A program made the position numbers and the translations under genes. The notes beneath the pieces were generated by a model, which saw only the letters and a list, made by a program, of their open reading frames with translations, was not told the DNA's origin and did no database searches. A stretch of 64,000 nucleotides of DNA. Source: a virus (Duplodnaviria > Heunggongvirae > Uroviricota > Caudoviricetes). The stretch is from the IMG/VR virus record IMGVR_UViG_3300029842_000004; one strand, written 5' to 3'. Positions 8,631-18,063 of the stretch are shown here, piece by piece. Numbering within the stretch: position 1 is the stretch's first letter; each line of letters opens with the position of its first letter.

Positions 8631-9692
8631 ATGAACAATTCAATGGTCGCTCACTTGTGGGCTCATGAACAAGAAGAATCAGCATCAGGGAGCAATTTCT
8701 TCTTTGAAGGTACAAGTATTTATTCTTATGGGCATCACTTTGAAGTCGGGAGAATAGTAAAAAACAAACAAGGGAAGAAAGCATACCTGATAAATGAAGA
8801 TTATCATTCTGTTACCACGAGCAAACATCAATGCTATGTTCGTAATGCGATACCAACTTGGGCAATGGTTTTCAGTGTAGGGGATAATATATCGGATACT
8901 GGTGATATGAGGTTTGTTGCCAGCAAACTGGAATCAATTAAGAAGTCTATTGAAAAATACAAAAGAGCTAAAACAGAATTATCTTATACAGATATTTGGG
9001 GCGCTTTTGGGAATATGATGGATTACATTCAGTTCTTTAACATGGGGACTGCTAAGAGTATCCTTAAAAAGAGTGCTAATGATTGGCTTGGAACCAATCA
9101 TGAATTATCCAAGAGCGGAGATAGTATCAAGCGTAAGCACGTACATGAATTAAAACGCATCTTTCAAATTTTATTAGATCATCAAGGATTAAAAGTGTTA
9201 GGGACCGTAAATGTGATTGTTGATGAAGTTTGCGGGGAAGGTACATGGATTAAGTATTCAGAAAGATCTGAAAGATGGAGAAAGGGTGAGGAAGAAAGAG
9301 AAAGAATAAAATTAGAGAGATTAAGAAAGGAAGAAGAAGCCCGTTACAAGGATTTTGATGAAAAACTGGAAGAGTGGAAGTCAGGAGAAATCAATTTCTT
9401 GAATACACCTTTCTATATTCCTGGTGAAAAACCTAACGCCTGGATTCGTATAAAAGGAAATATTATTGAGACAAGTAAACAGATAAAGATTGGAATAGCA
9501 GAAGCCAGAAAACTGTGGCGGGCCGTGTCGGAAATGCACCGGGGCGCCGAGTTTCGGCACGGTCTGGTGGAGGATGTCACCGGCCACCAGTGGAGTCTAA
9601 ATCGGTACGAAAACGATTTGTTAACCGCTGGATGCCACCGGATTGCATATAGCGAGATGGAAAGTATTGCGAAACAACTGGGATGGGCGTAA
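8631..9692 (+). CDS. hypothetical protein (353 aa) with a GC-rich codon island near its 3' end (about 9520-9600)
   Basis: Long ORF. Local switch to CGG/CTG/GCC codons. Confidence 0.65.
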   Translation: MNNSMVAHLWAHEQEESASGSNFFFEGTSIYSYGHHFEVGRIVKNKQGKKAYLINEDYHSVTTSKHQCYVRNAIPTWAMVFSVGDNISDTGDMRFVASKLESIKKSIEKYKRAKTELSYTDIWGAFGNMMDYIQFFNMGTAKSILKKSANDWLGTNHELSKSGDSIKRKHVHELKRIFQILLDHQGLKVLGTVNVIVDEVCGEGTWIKYSERSERWRKGEEERERIKLERLRKEEEARYKDFDEKLEEWKSGEINFLNTPFYIPGEKPNAWIRIKGNIIETSKQIKIGIAEARKLWRAVSEMHRGAEFRHGLVEDVTGHQWSLNRYENDLLTAGCHRIAYSEMESIAKQLGWA

Positions 9693-9732
9693 GTAACCCA
9701 TCCTGTTTTATAACAATTAAAAACGAAAAGAT

Positions 9733-9990
9733 ATGGAAAATTCAATTATTGTTCCGTTTGATTTAAATACGGCGAGAAAAATTAAAAGCGGAGAAATAGA
9801 AGGTTCGGTATTAATTGATAATATTGAAATAGAATTTGTATATGAGTCGAAAGACTGTGCAGGTCCTTATAATTTGCTTTTTGTAAAAAAAAGATGGATA
9901 TGGGATAAGTGCTATATATGCCAACACGGAAGGTTGTACTATTGGCGGCACCACTCTGGAATTGAAAGTAGAGGCTGGAGCGTATTTTAA
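9733..9990 (+). CDS. hypothetical protein (85 aa), paralog of 10476..10920
   Basis: N-terminal IPFDL.TA.KIK...EIVYE similarity to the frameshifted downstream gene. Confidence 0.55.
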   Translation: MENSIIVPFDLNTARKIKSGEIEGSVLIDNIEIEFVYESKDCAGPYNLLFVKKRWIWDKCYICQHGRLYYWRHHSGIESRGWSVF

Positions 9991-10471
9991 GAAAGGAGAT
10001 GTATTAACAAGCACTAATGGATATCAATTCATATATGATGGAATTATTACCAAAGGGATAATGGGATGTATATGCGGAATGGCATCATTTGGAGATATTG
10101 GGTTTGATTACAAATTATGGACTGATGTGTATGACGAATATAGAAAACGGCATGTAAGAAAGGCTATAGAGGAAGAGAAGAAATTTTTAGCAGAAAAGAT
10201 TATAAAAGCCGAAGACAGTAGAAAAACAGATATAATAAAACGATATTTAAGTGAATATGAGTATCTATTAGATGAGATGCCGAAACGCGACTTCAAACCA
10301 TTTGAACGAGTGCTGGTGAGAAGAACTAACCAAGAGAGGTGGAAATTGCATTTATTTTCCAGAGAATCAGTAGGAGATAATAAATACGAATGCTTAGGAG
10401 GGGTAGGATTTAGTCAATGTATCCCATACGAAGGCAACAAACATCTTTTAGGAACTAATAAAAACAAATAA
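9962..10471 (+). CDS. hypothetical protein (169 aa)
   Basis: ORF. Confidence 0.55.
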   Translation: MKVEAGAYFKKGDVLTSTNGYQFIYDGIITKGIMGCICGMASFGDIGFDYKLWTDVYDEYRKRHVRKAIEEEKKFLAEKIIKAEDSRKTDIIKRYLSEYEYLLDEMPKRDFKPFERVLVRRTNQERWKLHLFSRESVGDNKYECLGGVGFSQCIPYEGNKHLLGTNKNK

Positions 10472-10475
10472 GATT

Positions 10476-10920
10476 ATGGAATATAAAATGGTAACAATCC
10501 CGTTTGATTTAGAAACGGCGAAAAAAAATAAACATAGGGGAAAGAGTAGGTCAGATTGTGACAGAGAAAGGACGAAATAGAGCAGAAATCGTATATGAAG
10601 ACAATTCGTCAATTTGTCCGTTATTGGTTGTAATTCATTCTATTTCTGTATCGGCAGATTGGTTTTCTGCTACAGGAAAAGCATTTAGCAGCGAAAATCG
10701 CCTCCTTCTTGAAGTCCCGGAATATACTACATTTAAAGATGGAGATGTGTTAAGCAACAAAGATGGAAGTTATATTTTTATTTTAAATATGCATGGGAAA
10801 TATTTAACATCTTTGTATGCGAGTCTTGCAGCGGGAACAAGTCTTAATATATTGGATGATTTGGCTGCACACGAAAACCACATAGAATGTTATAGACTTG
10901 CAACAGATTCGGAAAAATAG
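10476..10920 (+). pseudogene. Paralog of 9733..9990 interrupted by a +1 frameshift in an A8 run (10521-10528), or an assembly indel
   Basis: ATG 10476 frame (MEYKMVTIPFDLETAKKNKH) joins the 10558 frame (AEIVYEDN...) if A8 is read as A7. The joined product aligns with the 9733 protein. Confidence 0.5.
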
Positions 10921-11009
10921 AAGATGATTATTTTCCATTCTCATCTGCAAGTATAGTAGCATACGAGTACAAACTACTCTATCATGAGAAATTCTTCGAA
11001 CATCTTCAT

Positions 11010-11195
11010 ATGAAGAGACTGGTTATTGACGAGAATATCCCTTTTCCGGCAAGTACATGGGAGCGCTCATATCGGTATAAAGGATATGGTTACAATATGT
11101 GCCGGGAGACAAAGAAAAAACTTCTACAGGCTATTAAAGGTATAAACGTAGAGGAGGAAGATGTATCTTTGTACACTACTGGAGGATGGAATTAA
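11010..11195 (+). CDS. hypothetical protein (61 aa)
   Basis: ORF. Confidence 0.4.
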   Translation: MKRLVIDENIPFPASTWERSYRYKGYGYNMCRETKKKLLQAIKGINVEEEDVSLYTTGGWN

Positions 11196-11213
11196 CTTAT
11201 AAAACATAGATAT

Positions 11214-11876
11214 ATGAATACATCATTTGAGAAATCTAAAAACAGTACAGATGAATGGTACACACCTAAAGAAATTATAGACGCTTTAGGGGAATTTGAT
11301 TTAGATCCATGTGCGCCTATGCGTCCGTTATGGAGGACAGCCAGGGTTATGTATAACAAAGAGCAAGATGGATTAAAACAAAAATGGGAAGGAAGGGTAT
11401 GGTTAAACCCACCTTATTCAAGACCGACTATAGAGCATTTTATTACTCGTATGGTAGAGCACAATAATGGAATAGCTCTTCTTTTTAATCGTCTTGACAA
11501 TAAGATGTTTCAGGATGTTGTATTCCCGAAAGCAAAAGGTATATTGTTCATGAAAGGAAGGATAAAATTCCACAGAGAAGATGGAACAATAGGTGAAAGT
11601 CCAGGATGTGGGTCTATTCTGGTTGCATTCGGCGAAGAGAATGCGGAAACATTAAGATCTTCTAATATTGAAGGAAGATATATACAGGTCAATCAAGAAC
11701 CGTGTAACACCCATGTAGATTGGGAACAACGTAGATACGAGATAGCAAAAACCATACTTCCTATCACATCCGTATCAGGACGTGGACCTCACGGTGAATT
11801 AATATTGGAAGCGTGTGATAAGGCGGCTGAATTAGCTGTAATATATGCGGATGCTTTAATTAAAGAACTGAAATGA
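11214..11876 (+). CDS. dam: phage-type DNA N6-adenine methyltransferase (Dam_N6 family)
   Basis: DEWYTPKEI, DLDPCAP and NPPYS motifs characteristic of the phage Dam family. Confidence 0.85.
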   Translation: MNTSFEKSKNSTDEWYTPKEIIDALGEFDLDPCAPMRPLWRTARVMYNKEQDGLKQKWEGRVWLNPPYSRPTIEHFITRMVEHNNGIALLFNRLDNKMFQDVVFPKAKGILFMKGRIKFHREDGTIGESPGCGSILVAFGEENAETLRSSNIEGRYIQVNQEPCNTHVDWEQRRYEIAKTILPITSVSGRGPHGELILEACDKAAELAVIYADALIKELK

Positions 11877-12254
11877 AATCAACAGTATATGCTCATCTTG
11901 AGAATGATTATAGATTTTATAGACTTCCTCTATTTAGAGCTACGGCTGTAAAATACGGATGGAATAATCCTATAGGGGAAGATAGTGGGAGAGAGAAAAA
12001 AATATAATTCACAGTATTAAGTAGATATATTATGAGCACAAGTAAAGAATACAAGGCGGTAAGAAACTGCATACTAAATGAACTTCACCTTACCAAATAA
12101 GATATAATCAAAAACATAGAACCATTATTGGAAAAGCTTGTAAAAAGGTGCATGCATAATACATACGGAGGAAACAATCAGATAGAAAATTGGATCAGAT
12201 GTATGGTAAATGACGAACTTAAACAAAAAGAAGGCTATGGTTTTGTAAGGAAAA

Positions 12255-12872
12255 TATGTGGGGGGGGTTATAAAAGATCATGTGTTGAATGAGTTGAACA
12301 TAATTGTAAGACCAAAAAATGAAAGATGCGTATGTGAAAATAGAGTACCATCAAGAAAAGATGGTTTGTATCTAATCTACGGAAACGGACACGCTGAGCC
12401 GTTTGCTGGAGAGAATTTCAAAAAGAATGTGCGTTATATCGGATTAAAGCACAAAGACGTATCGTTTGCTATCTCACTGACGGAGCATGATAGCGTACAA
12501 TTGCTTGACGATGATAGCCGTGAAAAATCCGGAAGTGAGACATATTACGAACGTAAATGTGATGCGCTGTTTGACATTGACGGACGCGGCAATACGGAAC
12601 GCCTTGTGGCCAGAAATCCAAAGTTGAAAAATTTGCTGAAAGATGGCGAGTATATACCATCTCTTGGTCAATTAAATTTAATGGCCCATTATATGGACGA
12701 ACTAAACAAAGCATTCGCTTATGTTTCGGCATCTCCCCTCTCCTCGACGTGGTATAGATCCAGTACCGAGAGCAGCCCGAGCGTCGCGTGGTACGTGGAC
12801 TTCTCCATTGGTAGCGCGTACTACAGTAACAAGTACAACAGTAGCAGGGTTCGGGCGGTAATTGATTTTTAA
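12255..12872 (+). CDS. hypothetical protein (about 205 aa) with a G8 tract in codons 2-4
   Basis: ATG at 12255 in frame with track ORF 12258..12872. ATG GTG GGG GGG GTT. GC-rich codon island near the 3' end. Confidence 0.55.
   Translation, partial: YVGGVIKDHVLNELNIIVRPKNERCVCENRVPSRKDGLYLIYGNGHAEPFAGENFKKNVRYIGLKHKDVSFAISLTEHDSVQLLDDDSREKSGSETYYERKCDALFDIDGRGNTERLVARNPKLKNLLKDGEYIPSLGQLNLMAHYMDELNKAFAYVSASPLSSTWYRSSTESSPSVAWYVDFSIGSAYYSNKYNSSRVRAVIDF
12260..12267 (+). repeat. poly-G (G8) homopolymer at the 5' end of a CDS
   Basis: Read directly. G/C runs this long are rare in this AT-rich window. Confidence 0.9.
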
Positions 12873-12883
12873 AAAGGATTACA

Positions 12884-13690
12884 ATGATAACATCGGTAAA
12901 AATAAAAGACAACACAAAAACTCCTTTTGAATATGCTTCTGACATAGAAGCATTTGAAAATGGCAGAGAATTTATTTTCAAGCCAGGAGTGAACGTAATT
13001 ATAGGTAAAAACGGTAGTGGAAAATCAACCTTGCTTAACATCATATCAATGTATGCGTTATGTGAGAAATCCATGTGCTCTGAAATACCGATCGAGGCAC
13101 TGGATTTTCCACCTATATTTGATGATGATGATGATGATGACAAGGTTCTTGATGGGATTGACATATCATCCGATTATGCAGGGAAAGTATTCCGTTTATT
13201 GCCATCGGCGGAGATGAATCGAGATAGTGTATTAAAAAACATCAGCAACTTAGATTTGTATGTGAATAATATTCGAAGATCTTATGGAGAGAAAGTGGTA
13301 TTATCATTGGAATCACTTTTCAATTTAATGTTCGGTCAAAAGGATTATACATTTCCAATACAAGATCTTGTAGAATACAAGAAAAAATCAAATGCGTTTT
13401 GGATTAAAAGAATTGATAACCTGTTGAAGTATTATGAAAGAAACCGCATAACATTAACAGAAAGCAGTTTTGAATACACGGTTCTCATGGATGAGCCAGA
13501 TAGGAATCTTGACATTGACAACATAATGCAAATTTATAATGTATTGTCATTCCATAAACCACAAACACAAATTATAGCCATAGTACACAATCCGGCATTG
13601 ATTTACAAGTTAAGCAAATTAGATTGTGTGAATTTCATAGAGATGACAGAAGGGTATCTTAATAAAACTTGTACATTTGTGTCCAATTGA
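12884..13690 (+). CDS. minimal ABC-type (AAA_21/SMC-like) ATPase, 268 aa
   Basis: Walker A GKNGSGKST. Signature-like SYGEKVVLSL. Walker B/D-loop VLMDEPDRNLD. H-loop IAIVHNP. Acidic DDDDDDD insert. Confidence 0.75.
   Translation: MITSVKIKDNTKTPFEYASDIEAFENGREFIFKPGVNVIIGKNGSGKSTLLNIISMYALCEKSMCSEIPIEALDFPPIFDDDDDDDKVLDGIDISSDYAGKVFRLLPSAEMNRDSVLKNISNLDLYVNNIRRSYGEKVVLSLESLFNLMFGQKDYTFPIQDLVEYKKKSNAFWIKRIDNLLKYYERNRITLTESSFEYTVLMDEPDRNLDIDNIMQIYNVLSFHKPQTQIIAIVHNPALIYKLSKLDCVNFIEMTEGYLNKTCTFVSN
13121..13141 (+). repeat. (GAT)6GAC trinucleotide microsatellite encoding Asp7
   Basis: gatgatgatgatgatgatgac inside the ATPase CDS. Confidence 0.9.
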
Positions 13691-14407
13691 TCAAGGCATT
13701 TATATGTCATTTTAACACATTTTTTATAAATCAATTAATTATTCATTTTTAAGTTACAGTCATGAAAACATTAAAAGAAAAAGACAAACAATCTTTTTAG
13801 CAAGAAAAGAAGAAGTTTATTCCTTAATAATGGAAATGGGATCATTATTGGCAGATTATGATCATCAATGGTCTAATGAACTAAGAAGAAAATTTGAAAG
13901 AGCTACTTCTTTTCTTTCCTCTATGAATTAGAATATTTTCTATCATCGGGGAACTTGTTGGTAGGATTATAGAATACAAAGTAAAACAACTTATTGCAAT
14001 GGCTTATTTCATATTAATGGGAAGAAGAATCCCCAAACAAGCTATAACAGGCTTCAAATTTCAAAATGAAACAGATAACATTCGTCCTTTTCTGTCAATC
14101 AGGATAAGGGGAAAGGACGAAATTATACCTTTCAAAGATAAAAAAGGAGATACAGTCCGTAAAAGCGCATCTGTGTTCTATCTTCTCCGGATTTGTAAAA
14201 ATAGGCGACTGGTATCTCAAGATGTCGGAAGTTAAGGAATATAAGCCGGTGACCGCCAAAGACATGAACCCCTACATCTTGTTTAAGACATCTAAGTTCG
14301 GAAACATAAAAGTTCGTTTCCCGAAAGATGAAGATATGGATGCAGAATTATTGGTGTTAGATCAACTTTTTGATGTAGAATGAATTATTGATCATATTTT
14401 AGAAATC

Positions 14408-14659
14408 ATGACCTGGAAAGAATTAAAAGACAAAATATCCCTTATGACAGAAGAAGAGCAACGACAAGAAGTTGCAGTCTGGGGAGAAAATATGAATCTA
14501 ATGAAAGATTGTTCCTTGGAGAAAACAGACGAGGATTTGTACTATAATACTGAATGGGATTATACTTGTGAAGAGAGCGAATTGGAGCCGGAAGACAAGA
14601 ATGACCCTGATGCACATAAGGTATATGAAGCAGGCATGCATTATATTTATTCAAATTGA
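14408..14659 (+). CDS. hypothetical acidic protein (83 aa)
   Basis: ORF. Confidence 0.5.
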   Translation: MTWKELKDKISLMTEEEQRQEVAVWGENMNLMKDCSLEKTDEDLYYNTEWDYTCEESELEPEDKNDPDAHKVYEAGMHYIYSN

Positions 14660-14677
14660 TTTTAAAAAGATCTGATT

Positions 14678-15253
14678 ATGGCAGCATTAACAACACTAAA
14701 TATAACGGAAAAGAACGCTAATAACAGTTTGTCTGTAACTGTTAAAGTGAATGTCACCAAAGAAGGAGTGTTTACCACTACCTTGTCAAAAGAAGATGTG
14801 GATAAGATTCATTCTTATGGGATCAAATTACCTACAAACAGATTAGGCAACGAAGGATATTTCAATAGTATAGCACTTTCTGATTTGGAAAGTCAAATCA
14901 GGGAAGTTCTGAAGAGATGTTTGAGTTATAAAATAGTAGAAGAAGTGCCTGTTATTAAGTATCAACTGGAAACGAATTGCCTGTTTTCATATGACAAAAA
15001 CGGAAATATTGTCCCTAACCCCTCTAAGGAATGGACAGGAGGCGATGAAAATGGAAAATGGAGGGATGGAACTTCCCGTTTAGATGCCTTAAACACCCAA
15101 CCTTTCGGTTTTAGTGTTTATGCAAAACCATTTCTAAAAAGAGTAATTGAATATGGAAATGGAGAGACAAAAGTAGAATACAGCAGGTTAAATACAGAAA
15201 AAAGGAACCTATGCGCACTGGCTGAATTGTGTAACGAGCATATCATACAATAG
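14678..15253 (+). CDS. hypothetical protein (191 aa)
   Basis: ORF. Confidence 0.6.
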   Translation: MAALTTLNITEKNANNSLSVTVKVNVTKEGVFTTTLSKEDVDKIHSYGIKLPTNRLGNEGYFNSIALSDLESQIREVLKRCLSYKIVEEVPVIKYQLETNCLFSYDKNGNIVPNPSKEWTGGDENGKWRDGTSRLDALNTQPFGFSVYAKPFLKRVIEYGNGETKVEYSRLNTEKRNLCALAELCNEHIIQ

Positions 15254-15869
15254 ACATAAACAGGTAATGGAAGTGGAGTGTAACGAATGTACCTCGAAAT
15301 TATTCGTTGATATGATCAAGTCCATTTGTAATATAAGCGAACAAGTTAAGAGTTTTGTCAATCCAGAACAAATAAAAGCAATTGCGGAGTCAAATGAACC
15401 GATTTTGCTTTTATCTAACAACTAAAAAATCATGAGGTATGTATGTGTTTTTATCTGCTTTCTGTTATGGCTTATTTTTACATTGTTATTATCATCAACT
15501 GTCATAGGATTGGTTATAAGCGTGAGTGATGAATGGCAGGAAATGGGTGACAAAATAATAGATAAACTTTAATAAAATATGAATAAGAATATAATCAACA
15601 ACGCTCAACTTTTAGAGATTAAAACTAAGATTAGACAACTTGGGACAATGATGAATGCATATCAATGCAGGTTTGTGGTTTCTTCGGGTCAATTGTTTTT
15701 TTGTGGATGATGAATATGCTGGAACGGTTAAACTGACTAATCTTGATAATGGAGAATCTAACATATCATTCCCTTCATGTGACGATGGATTGATAATCAA
15801 TCCAGCCGATAAGCATATTAAATAATTTCAAAACTAAAAATATTTAAATTAATTAAACAATAATAAGAC

Positions 15870-16112
15870 ATGAAACAAGATATAGAATATGCTGTTCCTC
15901 TTTTTAAAGCTGGTGCAGAGTGGCGCATTAACAGCGTATGGCACAAACCGAGTGACATAGCTGAACCAGGAAAGGATTGTTTGGTTGAACACATGGATAT
16001 AGACGGAAATGTCTGCATTTGTATTGATTGGCGTTCTGAATATGAATGGGTAAAATCTTGCTATTACAACAAGATTTTGCGTTGGGCATACATCAAAGAT
16101 TTATTACCCTAA
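15870..16112 (+). CDS. hypothetical protein (80 aa)
   Basis: ORF. Confidence 0.5.
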   Translation: MKQDIEYAVPLFKAGAEWRINSVWHKPSDIAEPGKDCLVEHMDIDGNVCICIDWRSEYEWVKSCYYNKILRWAYIKDLLP

Positions 16113-16160
16113 AACAAGATAAACAATATGGAAAGCGAAAAGAAGAAAATATGAAAGGTT

Positions 16161-16364
16161 ATGACTGACAGAGAACTTCTTGAAGAAAACAATAAGATGT
16201 TAAAGGAAATTCTAAGTTTTGTGAGAAAAGTTGATTCTGCTGAATACAGGGATCATCAAGACTTTATGGAATTTCTTAGAAATGTGGCAGCCGATATATG
16301 GGCGGAATATACGGAGCCTGAACAAAGAGGTAGATTGTTTAATTTAATAAATAAAAAGAAATGA
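16161..16364 (+). CDS. hypothetical protein (67 aa)
   Basis: ORF. Confidence 0.45.
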   Translation: MTDRELLEENNKMLKEILSFVRKVDSAEYRDHQDFMEFLRNVAADIWAEYTEPEQRGRLFNLINKKK

Positions 16365-17029
16365 AAACAGTTTTTGATTTAAGCAGGGATGAGATTGTGT
16401 CATTGACATGCAAAGAGATATATCTGTATATAGACAAAGAGCTTGCTGGTAAAGGTATTCCAATTGAAGCTAAAAACTGGAATATAAAGAACGAAAAAGA
16501 AGTCGTGTATCCAAGAACAGGAGTTCCAGTATTTATGTTAAAAGATATCGGCATCGGTTTTAGAACCATAGAAGGTGCAACAGAGGTGGCTAATTTGCTT
16601 GTTAAATATAATGCATTTAAAACAGAATCAAGGTTCCTGACAGGCTCGTATGAACAATTTCGGATCATAGGGGAAAGTGTTTGCCCGGCTATTAAAGAGG
16701 AGGCGGGGTATAGCAAGGAAGAGTTTGATAAGGTAAACAAGGAAAACGAAGATCCAGAATTGAAAAGTATAAAATCCTTCAATGATACTGTGAAAAAAGC
16801 CAATGAAATCAAAGACAGGGTGTTAAAATACGTGTACAACATAAAACAAGAGCGTTCATATAACAATGACCTGGTTGGTATCTTTGAAAGGTATAAAGAT
16901 ATAGCAGACGGCGACCTGGAAGTAGCTATGAAATTTATCAAGGAGGCCTATCCGTTTAATGAAGAAACAGAGTCGTTTATCAGAAAAAAGTTTGACATGC
17001 CTATACCGGAAGAATCAAAAGAGCAGTAA
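16361..17029 (+). CDS. hypothetical protein (222 aa)
   Basis: ORF, ATGA coupling. Confidence 0.6.
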   Translation: MKTVFDLSRDEIVSLTCKEIYLYIDKELAGKGIPIEAKNWNIKNEKEVVYPRTGVPVFMLKDIGIGFRTIEGATEVANLLVKYNAFKTESRFLTGSYEQFRIIGESVCPAIKEEAGYSKEEFDKVNKENEDPELKSIKSFNDTVKKANEIKDRVLKYVYNIKQERSYNNDLVGIFERYKDIADGDLEVAMKFIKEAYPFNEETESFIRKKFDMPIPEESKEQ

Positions 17030-17103
17030 TTAAGCTAAATTAAATCATTTTGAATCTTTTTTATTATCAAAAGACATATCTTTGCCCAAAAAAAACAAAC
17101 ATA

Positions 17104-17358
17104 ATGGAAGAAAAAGAGATAAAAGAAGCTATGATTGAAGCCCTAACGCACTTAGAGGGGTGTAAGTATTTCGTGGCTACGATAGTAAATGAAGAGGAAA
17201 GAAGATTTGATATGAGCCAAAGAATGTCACAGCATCAATTGGCGTTAGTTATAAAAGGTATCTTATCTAATAATGAGATGATGATGATGGACGTTTTGCA
17301 GTGGTGTTCTGAAAGATTTAAAAATAGTATAGAGAAAGGAAAGAAATCAACTAATTAA
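17104..17358 (+). CDS. hypothetical protein (84 aa). Start revised to ATG 17104.
   Basis: MEEKEIKEAM. Contains an (ATG)4 run encoding MMMM. Confidence 0.5.
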   Translation: MEEKEIKEAMIEALTHLEGCKYFVATIVNEEERRFDMSQRMSQHQLALVIKGILSNNEMMMMDVLQWCSERFKNSIEKGKKSTN

Positions 17359-17369
17359 ATATTAATACA

Positions 17370-17840
17370 ATGAATCGCTGGTTTGAAATTACGGTAAAAG
17401 CCGAGATTGATAACATCGAGAACGGCAAAAAAAAGAAAGTAACTGAAAAGTATTTGGTGGATGCCTTGTCTTATACAGAGGCAGAATCAAGATCGTTGGA
17501 GATCTTTAAGGATTTGTACAATTCTTTCGAGGTTGTAAAAATTAACCCTATTAAAGTGTCAGAAATCTTTTTCAACGGAGAAGCTGAGTACTGGTATAAG
17601 TGCAAGGTGAATTACATTACACTGGATGAAAAGAAAGGTAAAGAAAAGAAAACGCCATACTATATGTATGTCCAAGCCGGCAATCCTAAAGACGCCGAAG
17701 CTGTGTTGACTAAAGGTATGCAGGGTACGTTGGGAGACTGGAATTGCGAGTCTATTGCTGAAACAAAGATCATTGAAGTGTTTAAATACGATCTGCAAAA
17801 AGGTGTAGAAAAATTGGGAGAAAGGAAAACTGATGAGTGA
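17370..17840 (+). CDS. hypothetical protein (156 aa)
   Basis: ORF. Confidence 0.55.
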   Translation: MNRWFEITVKAEIDNIENGKKKKVTEKYLVDALSYTEAESRSLEIFKDLYNSFEVVKINPIKVSEIFFNGEAEYWYKCKVNYITLDEKKGKEKKTPYYMYVQAGNPKDAEAVLTKGMQGTLGDWNCESIAETKIIEVFKYDLQKGVEKLGERKTDE

Positions 17841-18063
17841 TGTTGTTTCCCGTGTAGCACTTGCGACGGCAATTGTATTATTGGTAGTAGCAGGTGCTAC
17901 TTTGTTGATAGTGATTAAGACCGAAGAAGTACCGAGATGGTTAATGAACTTACCATATACGTTATCTTTAACGGCAGTATCCTTTTCAATTATATCACTT
18001 GTATTGAAATATAGAGAGTGGAAAAGAAATTGTACGTCTGCGAAAGATGCGGACGAAAAGTGA
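17833..18063 (+). CDS. small membrane protein, two predicted TM helices (76 aa)
   Basis: Hydrophobic segments. Holin-like topology. Function not established. Confidence 0.45.
   Translation: MSDVVSRVALATAIVLLVVAGATLLIVIKTEEVPRWLMNLPYTLSLTAVSFSIISLVLKYREWKRNCTSAKDADEK

Noticed and set aside
12469-13164. 231-aa antisense ORF spanning the junction of the 205-aa gene and the ABC ATPase
   Set aside because: It overlaps a plus-strand gene with unambiguous Walker motifs. It lies on the opposite strand to all neighbours. Its length is explained by the local GC-rich codon island, which lowers stop frequency. Probably spurious.
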